Shown: positions 7,387 through 16,910 of the stretch, piece by piece | Layout: every line of letters begins with the position of its first letter | Numbering within the stretch: the first letter of the stretch is position 1 | Assembly: GCA_016927655.1 (NCBI GenBank) | Contig: JAFGMG010000010.1 | Span: 16,180-80,179, forward strand | Reading direction: 5' to 3' | Origin: Candidatus Dojkabacteria bacterium | GTDB taxonomy: Bacteria > Patescibacteriota > Dojkabacteria > B142 > JAFGMG01 | DNA: 64,000 nt | Notes under the pieces: generated by a model | The model's input: only the letters and a program-made list of their open reading frames with translations | What the model was told of the DNA's origin: nothing | Databases searched by the model: none | Translations under genes and position numbers: made by a program

Positions 7387-10245
7387 ATGTTCCAGACTCT
7401 AAATTCTAAACAACAACAAGCGGTTGAGACAATAGAAGGTCCAGTCATGCTTCTTGCAGGGCCGGGAGCGGGCAAAACACACACGCTTACTGCAAGGATA
7501 GCGAATATTCTCAAAAATACAGACGCAAACCCGGAAAACATCCTAGCTATTACGTTTACAGAAAACGCATCTACAAATATGCGAAACAGGCTAAAAGAAT
7601 ACATCGGGCAAGCAGCATACAAAGTTAAATTTGCAACGTTCCATGCTTTTTGCAACGAAATTATTCAATCCTACCCTGAGAAATTTGACCTTGGCAGCAA
7701 TTCAGATCAAATCAGCGATTTAAATAGAGTCCGTCTTATAGAAGAGATTATCGATGAGCTTAAACCTCAACAACTTACAACATTCTCAGACCAATATTTC
7801 TACAAAAATGATATTTTGTCCACCGTTTCAGAATTAAAAAAGGAGGGCTTTACCCCAGAAGAATTTCTCGAATTAGTAAACGAGGAAGAAGAAACTTTAA
7901 AAAAAATGGCTAAGACTAATCCAAAGACAAATAAGCCTTATGGAAACTATATAAAACTAGAGAAAAAAATTGCAAAAAACAGAGAATTCTTTGAAATTTA
8001 TAATAAGTATCAGAATGAACTAAAAGAACAGGATAGATATGACTACGATGATATGATACTTTTTGTAGTTGAGAAGCTGGAGGATGACAACGAGCTCCTT
8101 TCGGACCTGCAGGAACGTTTTTTGTACATCTTAGTCGACGAATTTCAGGATACAAACGGAGCCCAGACAAGACTTCTAGAACTTATTGGAAGTTTTGATA
8201 AGCAGCCGAATTTATTTGTCGTTGGAGATGATGATCAGTCAATTTTCAGGTTTCAGGGTGCAAACATCGAAAATATCTTTGATTTTACTCAAAACTATCC
8301 GGATACTCAGATTATCAGCCTGGACATCACCTATAGGTGTCCTCAGGCGATTTTGGATGGTGCGAGAAGCCTTATTTTAAAAAATAAGAACAGCATTGAA
8401 AACAAGATCAAAGCTATCAGCAAGGATCTAAAATCAACCAACACTTTAAAAACGAAAATAAATATTAATGAACTTGAAACGAGTGACGAAGAGAATTTAT
8501 TTATACTAAGTGAGATAAAGAAACTAATAGACTCGGGAATAGCTCCATCTGATATTGCAATAATTTACAGGAATCATAAAGACGCAGAAGAAATTAAAAG
8601 ATTATTTCTAAAGTCTGAAATTCCCAGCAATATAGCTGATAAAGGCAATTCCTTAAATGACTTGGCTGTCATTCAGTTTTTACACCTTTTAGAGGTTGTA
8701 AAAGATCCCTACAATGACAAACTACTATTTGAAATACTTAATTTTGATTTTCTTGATATAAAAAGACTGAAGGTTCTGAAGGCCGTCAGAAATTTAAATA
8801 ACAATAAATTATTCGATGTCCTAAATGAATCAACTGAAAAAGATTCCAAACTGGCTGATTTCCTAAATAAGCTGCTCGAATGGGGCAGTCTTGATCATAA
8901 TGCAAGCATCATCAGCCTTTCTGAGACTATTTTGAATGAATCAGGATTGCTAGATTACCTTCAGAAATCGAAAAATTATGAAGGGATAGAGGCTCTAAAA
9001 TCACTTTTTAAATTTATTCTAAATCAGAGCAGCGGAAGTTTCGACTACAAACTCGAAAATCTGCTTTCAGACATTGACGGACTCAACATAAATAGAATTT
9101 CGCTCAATCTTGATTATACAAAAGAAGGCACCGGAGTGAATTTTTTGACAGCACACAAAGCAAAGGGTCTTGAATTTGACTACGTTTTTATTATGAATCT
9201 TAGAGACGGAGTATGGGGAAATAAACGAACGAGAAGACTGATAAAACTCCCGGACGGGATTTTCGATTCAATTGAGATTTCTAGACTTGATGAAAATGAA
9301 GAAGAACGAAGACTTCTTTACGTCGCGATGACACGTGCTAAAAAACAGCTGAATATGAGTTTTTCCACTAAATCTATTGAAAACGGCAAGGAGAGAAACT
9401 ACATTGAGTCACAATTCATTGGAGAAATTGATGAAGATTTTTGTACTCGTGAAAAAGGCATGTTTGATGAAAAATTATATGATTTAGTTCTTGAGCAAAT
9501 TCCCGCACTAAATTTTGACGATAATGCAAATTCTTATCTGAAAAATCTTGTTAATGAATTTAAACTTAGTATTACTGCTCTAAATAACTATCTTGAGGAT
9601 CCAAGAAGGTTCTTTTTGGAAAATTTGCTTAGAGTTCCTTCAGAGAAACCTGAGGTGATGATCCTGGGTTCTGTAATTCATAAGCTTCTTGAAAAGGACA
9701 ATTTAGAGCCTGAATATTATAAAAAGCTGATTTCAAACGAACTTAAAAGAGAGTCTCTCTCAAAGGATATATCAGATAAGATATTTAAAGAAGCTGTTGA
9801 TATATTTGAAGGATTTATTCCTGAGATTCAGGCAAATAAAGCTGAGACTGCGCATGTAGAATACAATTTCCATTCTCATAATGTCTTCTTGGATGATATC
9901 GAGCTGACTGGGAAAATTGATAAAATAGAGTGGATTGATAAGCAGGCGAAAACTGTAAGGCTGATTGATTATAAAACAAGCACACCAAAAAGCAGAAATC
10001 AGATACTCGGTTTGACAAAATATTCTGACGAAAAACTTTTGCGGCAATTGCAGTTCTACAAGCTAATTTCACAGCTGGATAGCAGATTTGAGTACAATAT
10101 TGCAGAGTTTGAGCTGCGATTCGTAAAGCCTGACCCAGCAGGTAATTACAGGTCACAAATCTTCACTGCAGATGAAATAGAAACAGTTGAGCTCAAAGAA
10201 GTTATCAAAGAGACAATGGAAAAGATTCGAAATCTGGAATTCTAA
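7387..10245 (+). CDS. UvrD/PcrA-family SF1 DNA helicase fused to C-terminal RecB-like PD-(D/E)xK nuclease domain (AddA-like)
   Basis: Walker A LLAGPGAGKTHTL, DEFQDT (motif II), VVGDDDQSIF, TAHKAKGLEF, VAMTRAK. C-terminal GSVIHKLLE / GKIDKIEWID / RLIDYKTS / QLQFYKL match RecB/Cas4-type nuclease motifs. Confidence 0.85.
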   Translation: MFQTLNSKQQQAVETIEGPVMLLAGPGAGKTHTLTARIANILKNTDANPENILAITFTENASTNMRNRLKEYIGQAAYKVKFATFHAFCNEIIQSYPEKFDLGSNSDQISDLNRVRLIEEIIDELKPQQLTTFSDQYFYKNDILSTVSELKKEGFTPEEFLELVNEEEETLKKMAKTNPKTNKPYGNYIKLEKKIAKNREFFEIYNKYQNELKEQDRYDYDDMILFVVEKLEDDNELLSDLQERFLYILVDEFQDTNGAQTRLLELIGSFDKQPNLFVVGDDDQSIFRFQGANIENIFDFTQNYPDTQIISLDITYRCPQAILDGARSLILKNKNSIENKIKAISKDLKSTNTLKTKININELETSDEENLFILSEIKKLIDSGIAPSDIAIIYRNHKDAEEIKRLFLKSEIPSNIADKGNSLNDLAVIQFLHLLEVVKDPYNDKLLFEILNFDFLDIKRLKVLKAVRNLNNNKLFDVLNESTEKDSKLADFLNKLLEWGSLDHNASIISLSETILNESGLLDYLQKSKNYEGIEALKSLFKFILNQSSGSFDYKLENLLSDIDGLNINRISLNLDYTKEGTGVNFLTAHKAKGLEFDYVFIMNLRDGVWGNKRTRRLIKLPDGIFDSIEISRLDENEEERRLLYVAMTRAKKQLNMSFSTKSIENGKERNYIESQFIGEIDEDFCTREKGMFDEKLYDLVLEQIPALNFDDNANSYLKNLVNEFKLSITALNNYLEDPRRFFLENLLRVPSEKPEVMILGSVIHKLLEKDNLEPEYYKKLISNELKRESLSKDISDKIFKEAVDIFEGFIPEIQANKAETAHVEYNFHSHNVFLDDIELTGKIDKIEWIDKQAKTVRLIDYKTSTPKSRNQILGLTKYSDEKLLRQLQFYKLISQLDSRFEYNIAEFELRFVKPDPAGNYRSQIFTADEIETVELKEVIKETMEKIRNLEF

Positions 10246-10282
10246 ATTGACAAAAATACACGACCATACTCTTCCAAGAGGC

Positions 10283-10323
10283 GACTTACTTTAGATCTGA
10301 TATGACCAGATCTAAAGTAAGTC
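10283..10323. repeat. perfect 17-bp inverted repeat (hairpin) 40 nt downstream of the helicase gene
   Basis: gacttactttagatctg-atatgac-cagatctaaagtaagtc read directly; no U-tract follows. Confidence 0.7.
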
Positions 10324-10434
10324 ATAGATTCAAATGATACATCAGACATCCATCCTGACAAAATTATTGCTCGAAATGACCATATCCTTTATAATCATTA
10401 TAGTCTTTTGAAAACTGATTTTTTTAGTTTTGCT

Positions 10435-10507
10435 GCCGAGGTAGCTCAGTTGGTAGAGCACGCGACTGAAAATCGCGGTGTCGCCAGTTCAATCCTGGCC
10501 CTCGGCA
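10435..10507 (+). tRNA. tRNA-Phe (anticodon GAA)
   Basis: Acceptor gccgagg/cctcggc, anticodon stem cgcga/tcgcg, loop ctGAAaa, T-arm gccagttcaatcctggc. Confidence 0.8.
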
Positions 10508-10510
10508 CAC

Positions 10511-10587
10511 GGGCGCCTAGCTCAACTGGCTAGAGCAATTCGTTTACACCGAATAGGTTGGGGGTTCGAGTCCCTTGGCGCCCACCA
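10511..10587 (+). tRNA. tRNA-Val (anticodon TAC)
   Basis: Acceptor gggcgcc/ggcgccc, anticodon stem attcg/cgaat, loop ttTACac, T-loop ttcgagt, CCA encoded; 3 nt after tRNA-Phe. Confidence 0.75.
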
Positions 10588-10664
10588 ATTTTCCTCGAGA
10601 ACAAATTTTTATAATTTCCCAATACGTTATATAATCCGTATATATTTTTTACTTTATGCAATAA

Positions 10665-11273
10665 TTGTCAGGAGTATTTACAGAGCCAGAACAATATTAC
10701 ATAGAACGACATATATGTTTCGACGCTGAAGCTGGATATAACATGCTTTCAGGTACAGTAGCGGAACGCTCCCTGTCCTCTGGTGCTTCTTTAAATGGAC
10801 TTCTAGAAAATACGCGGTACACACTTACGGATATGGACACCGGCGAGCTTTTGGCCGTATACGCACAAACAGATGGACGAATGCTTCTAATTAAAAATCC
10901 TTATGCCTTAGACCAATTTATTGCCGGGCAGAGAAACGCTCTTGGAATAGACCATAAAGGAGATCTTGCATTGTACTACTCAAGAGACTGCTGTACATGG
11001 CAATGGGGGCGAAAAGCAAATTTTGAACCAGAAAATATTTATAACGCGGAGGTGCTAAATTATAAAAATATTCCTCAAATTGAGTTATTAATAAGAGGAA
11101 CAAAATACGATCCGAGACCAACTACTTTTAGAGGCAAAGAAATAGTCCTAGCAGAACTTATCAGCGATGAAGAAATGCTAGATGAGTTAGGATTTGCTGC
11201 TGCTGATGGAGATCCTACTGCACAAAATATATTAGAAATGCTTACAGCATATTTGCTAGATGAGACGAAATAA
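10665..11273 (+). CDS. hypothetical protein
   Basis: ORF only; GC content somewhat above neighbours; true start may be internal (MLSGTVAERS...). Confidence 0.4.
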   Translation: MSGVFTEPEQYYIERHICFDAEAGYNMLSGTVAERSLSSGASLNGLLENTRYTLTDMDTGELLAVYAQTDGRMLLIKNPYALDQFIAGQRNALGIDHKGDLALYYSRDCCTWQWGRKANFEPENIYNAEVLNYKNIPQIELLIRGTKYDPRPTTFRGKEIVLAELISDEEMLDELGFAAADGDPTAQNILEMLTAYLLDETK

Positions 11274-11281
11274 TAGAACAA

Positions 11282-11899
11282 TTATAATATCTTCTTCAGC
11301 AAAATCACCAGAGCTGCAGTAAGTGTCACAACGATAAATATTCTCGAGTCGAAGCTCCAGCCGAGCTTAAATAAATAGAAAAGAAGCATGTTGTATGGCA
11401 GAGCAGCGCAAGCAGTAGCAGCAAAAAATTTTACAAAATCAACCCTCAAAACTCCAGCAAATACAGCCATATAATCCCCAACCGGCTTAGATAAAAATTG
11501 AATAATTATCAAATCAACAAAACTTGTTCGTTTCTCCAATCTTCCCTTAAATTTATTGAACTTATGCATATTTGGGAATAGGTGGAAAATAAAGTCATGC
11601 GACAAACTTGAGAGGAAATATCCTACAGAATATCCAATCATTTCAGCTCCCGTAACAATCAACGCTAGAACTGGCCAGTAGATGTATTTTGCAGCGACGA
11701 AGTTTACACTCAATGACGGAAGAGGGGGCATAATAATACTTGTAGTATTATAAGCAGCCAGTATTAAACTAGTCAGAGCCACATTTTCATGACGATAGTC
11801 CTCAATAGCCTGATTTACATCCGGAAGCATTGTAACTATAATTAAGAAAATGCTCAGAAGAAGCGTCATTGAAATGAATATATATTGCTTTAGTTTCAT
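11282..11899 (-). CDS. DedA/TVP38-like membrane protein (tentative)
   Basis: Multi-TM; segment FLSKPVGDYMAVFAGVLRVDFVKF resembles the DedA re-entrant loop motif. Confidence 0.4.
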   Translation of the reverse strand: MKLKQYIFISMTLLLSIFLIIVTMLPDVNQAIEDYRHENVALTSLILAAYNTTSIIMPPLPSLSVNFVAAKYIYWPVLALIVTGAEMIGYSVGYFLSSLSHDFIFHLFPNMHKFNKFKGRLEKRTSFVDLIIIQFLSKPVGDYMAVFAGVLRVDFVKFFAATACAALPYNMLLFYLFKLGWSFDSRIFIVVTLTAALVILLKKIL

Positions 11900-11917
11900 T
11901 TTTTACAATCAATAATA

Positions 11918-12637
11918 ATGTCAAAATTAAGGAAACCTCTAGCGAACTACCTGGGATTGTTCTTGTTATTATCGACTATAATAATCTTCGGTGCAAGTAA
12001 ATTGTTTACATTAGAGGAATTTATTCCTCTAAGAGGCGAAGAATTTTTTAAATTATTCTCACCATCCATCTATGCAATATATATTTTTCTTTTTTATACA
12101 AGCATTGAGGCGCCCAGAAAGAAAAAGATATGGGCAAATATTGTGCTAGTAGTGAGTATAGCGATTATGGGGCAGGGGATAGCAATGAATCAAACGGCGA
12201 ATTATTTTAATCTTCAATATCATGATCAAGTGACTACCGAGGCATACGATGCAATTTATTTTTATGATGAGTATCTTGGTCATTTCCTGGCTCTTATGGG
12301 TATGCTGACTGCTCTTGGCCTGATTCTTTACTTTGCGCTGGACTCAAAAACAAAACAATATAAGCCAGTATTATTTACCTATTTCTCAGGAATTCTTACT
12401 GGTACTTTATTTTTTGTCCAAGTAATCGAATCGCAGATGGTGCCGGCATTTATGCCACTAGCAGCTGTCTTGATGAGCTTGTTGATTTATAATACGAGAA
12501 AATCTAAGACTAATATTTTTAAAAATGACTTACTGACACTTTTCTTTTTTGCATTTTCAATCAGCATGACGCTGATTTTAATTTGGGGTGCATATCATGG
12601 AAGTTTCCTTGAATTTTCAGATCTCGGCTGGATTTAG
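11918..12637 (+). CDS. integral membrane protein, hypothetical
   Basis: ORF with ~6 hydrophobic segments. Confidence 0.45.
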   Translation: MSKLRKPLANYLGLFLLLSTIIIFGASKLFTLEEFIPLRGEEFFKLFSPSIYAIYIFLFYTSIEAPRKKKIWANIVLVVSIAIMGQGIAMNQTANYFNLQYHDQVTTEAYDAIYFYDEYLGHFLALMGMLTALGLILYFALDSKTKQYKPVLFTYFSGILTGTLFFVQVIESQMVPAFMPLAAVLMSLLIYNTRKSKTNIFKNDLLTLFFFAFSISMTLILIWGAYHGSFLEFSDLGWI

Positions 12638-12679
12638 CCTGTATTACTTTTGTGGTAAAATCAGACGGCTTCAAATTGA

Positions 12680-12756
12680 GCGGTAGTAGTTCAGTTGGCT
12701 AGAACGTTTCCTTGCCAAGGAAAAGGTCGCGAGTTCGAATCTCGTCTACCGCTCCA
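12680..12756 (+). tRNA. tRNA-Gly (anticodon GCC)
   Basis: Acceptor gcggtag/ctaccgc, anticodon loop ttGCCaa, T-arm gcgagttcgaatctcgt, CCA encoded. Confidence 0.8.
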
Positions 12757-12829
12757 TTCTCAATGAGTGAAACGAGCTGATTGAATGGAGGCGATGGCCG
12801 AACGGCTACCGCTCTTAATCTTCGAAAAT

Positions 12830-15031
12830 TCACAACGTACACAAACTGAAATTACAAGATAAGCATTTAATGCATCCTTCAGAAGATACCAGTCTTGAGC
12901 CGCACTTCGGACAATCATCTCCGGGTCTCAACTGCCGCATTGATTTTTCTTGCTTTTTTACAAGTTTTTCCAATACTGATTTCTTTTTTTTCTGATCACC
13001 AAATTCAATTACCTGGTCTAGTTTTGACTGATCTCTATAAATCGTAATTCCTTTGCATCCCATTTCCCATGCCATCATATATGCCTTCTCGACATCATCA
13101 ACAGTTGCACTTGATGGCATATTTATCGTTTTTGTAATCGCATTATCTACATATTTCTGCCATGCGGCTTGAATTTTCAGGTGATCCTGCCAATCAAGCT
13201 CATGTGCTGTAAGAAACAGCTTTCTAATTTTTTCGGGAATCTCCTTCATATTCTGGATACTTCCGTGATTCTCGAAAATTCTATCGAAAAGATTCTCTAC
13301 AACAATTCCTTCTTCTTTTAGTTTTTGCTCAAGCTTATCATTAACGTTCCTTATTCTGACACCGCCAAGCACGTTTTGATAAAAAGCAAGTGCAAAAAAA
13401 GGCTCAATACTAAACGATGTTCCGAATATCACGGCGTTCCCGCTGCTTGGAGGAAGAGTATTTACTGCCACGTTTCTAGGCTGATCCTTTTTCCCTGCCC
13501 ATTTTGAATATTTCACATATGGAAATGGTCCCTTCTCTTTCCCGATTTTCATTGATTCGTCATGGCATGCATCAGCAATTGTCTTTGATACTTTTTCTGC
13601 TAGCTTAAATGCCCGCGGGTCATTATATGGCAAGCCTAGATCAACTAATATTTCCGCCCACCCGACTATCCCAATACCCAGCCTTCTAAAGCTTCTTATA
13701 TTTTTTGTCTGTTCCTTTACTGGGAACCATGAAGCCTCAATAACATTGTCCATAAATCTTGTTGCAATTCCTGCCACCTCAGTAAGCTTTTCATAATTTA
13801 TTGCCGGAATTCCCTTTTTATTCTTTTCCAGAAATGAGTTCAAATTCAGATATCCTAGATTACATGATTCATATGGGTACTGAGGTATTTCACCGCAGAC
13901 GTTTGTAGACTGTATTGGCCCAAATTTTTCAAGTAATGGATTGTCCTTATTTATATTATCTAGAAAAATTATCCCTGGATCTCCAGTTTTGTGAGCATAG
14001 GTTGCAGCTAATTCCCATAGAGCTTTAGCTCTAATTCTATTTACAACTCTTCCTGTTCGAGGATTGATAAGCTCCCATTTTTTATCTTTCTTCACTGCCT
14101 CCATAAAGCCGTCAATAATTCCAATTGAGATGTTTGTTTTTGTCAAAACACCTTCCTGCTCCTTGCAGGTAATAAATTCTAAAATATCTGGATGGTCGAC
14201 ATTTAATATAGCCATGTTTCCACTTTCATACCTTCCCTGCTGGCGAAATATACTAGTCGGCAGGTCAAACATTTTCATTATTTCGATCGGACCTGCCGCC
14301 AGTCCTGGCTCGCCCGCGACCATATCTCCTTTTGGCCTTAATTTTGAGAAATTGTATCCGCATCCCCCTCCATGCCTTTTCGTTACGCTGGATTCATATA
14401 ATGTCTTGAATATACTTTCAATATTGTCGTCAATATCAAACACGAAACAATTTGCAAGCTGTGCATTTTTCTTCCCAGCATTTGCTAATACCCTTGTCCC
14501 AGGTAAAAACTGCCAGTCCTTCATTATTTGAAAAAATTTCTTCTCCCATTTGCGTGTTTTTGCAGCGGTCGGTTCTGCTTTAGCGACAAATCTTGCAACT
14601 CTTTTTAACATTTGCTCTGGTGTTTCTTTTGTTTCACCAGACTTTGTCTTTTTTAGATATCTCTCTTTTAGGATAAATAGGGAATTATAAGACAAATTAC
14701 CAATATCATCCCTTACTCCAAGCTGTTCTTTTCTGTTAAAGGTTTCGCGTTTCTTTTCCCTTGAGAGGATAAATTCCTTTACTGTAGCATAGTGTCCTCG
14801 TTTTACCAGCACTCTTTCAACGGCTGAGCCTACATCTGCTGTTTGAATTGGCTCATTATCGCCATACACTTCATCAATATATTCTATTACTTCCTCGCCG
14901 ATTTCGTTTGCTAAATTCTGATCCTTCCCCCCGACGTTTCTAGCAGCAGTCCATATTGATTTTTGAATTTTCGTTTTATTAAACCTCTCCTTACTTCCAT
15001 CCCTTTTAATAACATAACGAGGCAAGGCCAT
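12830..15031 (-). CDS. nrdJ: class II (adenosylcobalamin-dependent) ribonucleotide reductase with N-terminal ATP-cone and C-terminal zinc ribbon
   Basis: ATP-cone VIKRDGSKERFNKTKI; catalytic-core motifs (NCFV, STNVCGEIPQ); C-terminal CPKCGS...CIKCLSC; 733 aa. Confidence 0.8.
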   Translation of the reverse strand: MALPRYVIKRDGSKERFNKTKIQKSIWTAARNVGGKDQNLANEIGEEVIEYIDEVYGDNEPIQTADVGSAVERVLVKRGHYATVKEFILSREKKRETFNRKEQLGVRDDIGNLSYNSLFILKERYLKKTKSGETKETPEQMLKRVARFVAKAEPTAAKTRKWEKKFFQIMKDWQFLPGTRVLANAGKKNAQLANCFVFDIDDNIESIFKTLYESSVTKRHGGGCGYNFSKLRPKGDMVAGEPGLAAGPIEIMKMFDLPTSIFRQQGRYESGNMAILNVDHPDILEFITCKEQEGVLTKTNISIGIIDGFMEAVKKDKKWELINPRTGRVVNRIRAKALWELAATYAHKTGDPGIIFLDNINKDNPLLEKFGPIQSTNVCGEIPQYPYESCNLGYLNLNSFLEKNKKGIPAINYEKLTEVAGIATRFMDNVIEASWFPVKEQTKNIRSFRRLGIGIVGWAEILVDLGLPYNDPRAFKLAEKVSKTIADACHDESMKIGKEKGPFPYVKYSKWAGKKDQPRNVAVNTLPPSSGNAVIFGTSFSIEPFFALAFYQNVLGGVRIRNVNDKLEQKLKEEGIVVENLFDRIFENHGSIQNMKEIPEKIRKLFLTAHELDWQDHLKIQAAWQKYVDNAITKTINMPSSATVDDVEKAYMMAWEMGCKGITIYRDQSKLDQVIEFGDQKKKKSVLEKLVKKQEKSMRQLRPGDDCPKCGSRLVSSEGCIKCLSCNFSLCTL

Positions 15032-15139
15032 AGCAAAAAGCTAATAAGTATTTTGTAGGATAAATTGCGGATACAATATAGCAGGATAATTTTATTCCTG
15101 CAAAATATTTGTGGAATATGGAACTTTAGCTCGTTAAAC

Positions 15140-15373
15140 TTAAAAGTCAGATCCGCTCCACCCATAATCAGCTTCTTCCCCCATCCCCGAGCCCATATGC
15201 GCATTACCAGAGCCATCATCCGGTGAGTAAGGGCAGTCTACTTGATTTTGATATTGTGAATCGACATCACCCAGCAATGTTTCGTTATTAATAGGCACTT
15301 CACTTCTTATTTCAGCACCAGTGTTTAAACTATTATCTCGTTGCTGACCGGCAGGGGCTGCTTCTTCTGACAT
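15140..15373 (-). CDS. small acidic protein, hypothetical
   Basis: MSEEAAPAGQQRDNS...DYGWSGSDF (77 aa from ATG 15373). The track ORF extends to 15421 through AT-rich, probably non-coding sequence. Confidence 0.35.
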   Translation of the reverse strand: MSEEAAPAGQQRDNSLNTGAEIRSEVPINNETLLGDVDSQYQNQVDCPYSPDDGSGNAHMGSGMGEEADYGWSGSDF

Positions 15374-15404
15374 TTCTTTAATATAATAAATATAAATTAT
15401 GAAG

Positions 15405-15725
15405 TCACTCTCCTTGACCAATTTGCCCGTTGAGACATTCTCTAACTTTGGCTAAGCTTAGAGCTAAATCGGGATTTTCTGCACAAAATTCTGTTTGTTC
15501 ATAATGATTAACAAGATAAGCCATTTCCTGAATTTGCTTACTTGTAAATCTTATTCCATTACTGAGGAGCTCCTCCATTCTATTTATTATTTCACCTCCA
15601 AATTGTCGGCGTTCATATTCTCTCACTGGATTGCTCAAGGTGCCAATCATAAACAATGTACTTTGTTCTCTTGTTTGTATAGGATGGTCCTGCTCAAAAC
15701 CTGTGAGATTTATCCCGTCTGGCAT
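15405..15725 (-). CDS. hypothetical protein
   Basis: 106 aa ORF; its start overlaps the stop of the DsbB-like gene upstream. Confidence 0.4.
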   Translation of the reverse strand: MPDGINLTGFEQDHPIQTREQSTLFMIGTLSNPVREYERRQFGGEIINRMEELLSNGIRFTSKQIQEMAYLVNHYEQTEFCAENPDLALSLAKVRECLNGQIGQGE

Positions 15726-16219
15726 TAGATATTTCTAACTTTTACCAGACGAATTATACATAGAAATAATGTCCCTGCAAATCCTAGAGCGCATAGCAAT
15801 GGTATTGTAATCCCGGAGCCTGTCCACAGTTCCCATTCCAGATCGCCGCATGCACCGTCTGTTTTGCAGAAGGGGGTTTCTTTTGGGAAAATATCTGTAA
15901 CTTTTAGAAGATGATGATAAATTGAGATTGGAAGGCCGATTGCCGACAATGCTAAAATATAATAATGCGCTTTCTTGTCTCTCATCAATAATGCCACTAA
16001 AGCGACAATCGGAATCGGATAAAATAAAACCCTCTGATACCAGCAAAGATCACATGGTGGTAGATCCATCGCTTCACTAAAGTAAAGACTCAGCAAAACA
16101 CCAAACAAACCCATCATTAAGATCAGATTCAAAGAATATTTTCTTAGAATCTCTATAATGCCCTTGTAAAAAGCCTTCACATCAAACGTGCTCTTTATTT
16201 TACTTGACTCTTTATTCAT
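15725..16219 (-). CDS. DsbB/BdbC-like disulfide bond formation membrane protein
   Basis: 4 TM; first loop PCDLCWYQR (CxxC), second cysteine pair FCKTDGACGD. Confidence 0.65.
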   Translation of the reverse strand: MNKESSKIKSTFDVKAFYKGIIEILRKYSLNLILMMGLFGVLLSLYFSEAMDLPPCDLCWYQRVLFYPIPIVALVALLMRDKKAHYYILALSAIGLPISIYHHLLKVTDIFPKETPFCKTDGACGDLEWELWTGSGITIPLLCALGFAGTLFLCIIRLVKVRNI

Positions 16220-16259
16220 AATTTCGTTATATTAACTAGTTATTTGTTATTTATTTCAA

Positions 16260-16865
16260 ATGTTTAAACTTCCACAACTTCCATATTCTTACGATGCACT
16301 TGAACCATACATCGACGCTCAGACAATGGAGATACATCATACCAAACATCACCAGGGATATACAGATAAGCTCAACACAGCTCTTGAAGGGGAGGAAAAG
16401 CTTCTTTCAATGCCGGTACTTGAAATTTTGAGTAACATTGATATGATCCCCGAAGCAAAGAAACAAGCAGTCATCAATAATGGAGGAGGATATGCAAATC
16501 ATATTTTATTTTGGGAAATAATGTCTCCCGACCCCAAAAAATCACCGGAAGGCAAATTAGCTGAGTTAATAGAGGAAGAGGTTGGAAGCCTTGAGCAATT
16601 CAAAGCTGAGTTTACTGACACAGCACTTACTCAATTTGGATCAGGCTGGGCATGGCTTGTTGTAAATAAGAACAATAAACTTGAGATAATCTCAACGTCA
16701 AATCAAGATAGTCCAGTCATGAAGGGCCTAGTCCCGTTAATCGGTCTTGACGTATGGGAGCATGCCTACTACCTCAAATACCAGAATAAAAGAGCAGATT
16801 ACATTGATGCATGGTGGAATGTTCTAGATTGGAATGCAGTTGAAGAGAAGTATAAGAACGTTTAA
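16260..16865 (+). CDS. sodA: Fe/Mn superoxide dismutase
   Basis: HHTKHHQGY and DVWEHAYY metal-ligand motifs; 201 aa. Confidence 0.9.
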   Translation: MFKLPQLPYSYDALEPYIDAQTMEIHHTKHHQGYTDKLNTALEGEEKLLSMPVLEILSNIDMIPEAKKQAVINNGGGYANHILFWEIMSPDPKKSPEGKLAELIEEEVGSLEQFKAEFTDTALTQFGSGWAWLVVNKNNKLEIISTSNQDSPVMKGLVPLIGLDVWEHAYYLKYQNKRADYIDAWWNVLDWNAVEEKYKNV

Positions 16866-16910
16866 CACAATCTCGACAGCAAAAATTATTTCCTGTAGGC
16901 TTATTCTAGT

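Noticed and set aside
10478-10729. 83 aa ORF across the tRNA-Phe/tRNA-Val pair
   Set aside because: Overlaps two well-formed tRNA genes; spurious.
12680-12829. Integrated mobile element at tRNA-Gly(GCC), inferred from the partial 3'-end duplicate
   Set aside because: The duplicate lies only ~40 nt from the tRNA with nothing between, and no integrase is nearby; at most an ancient scar.
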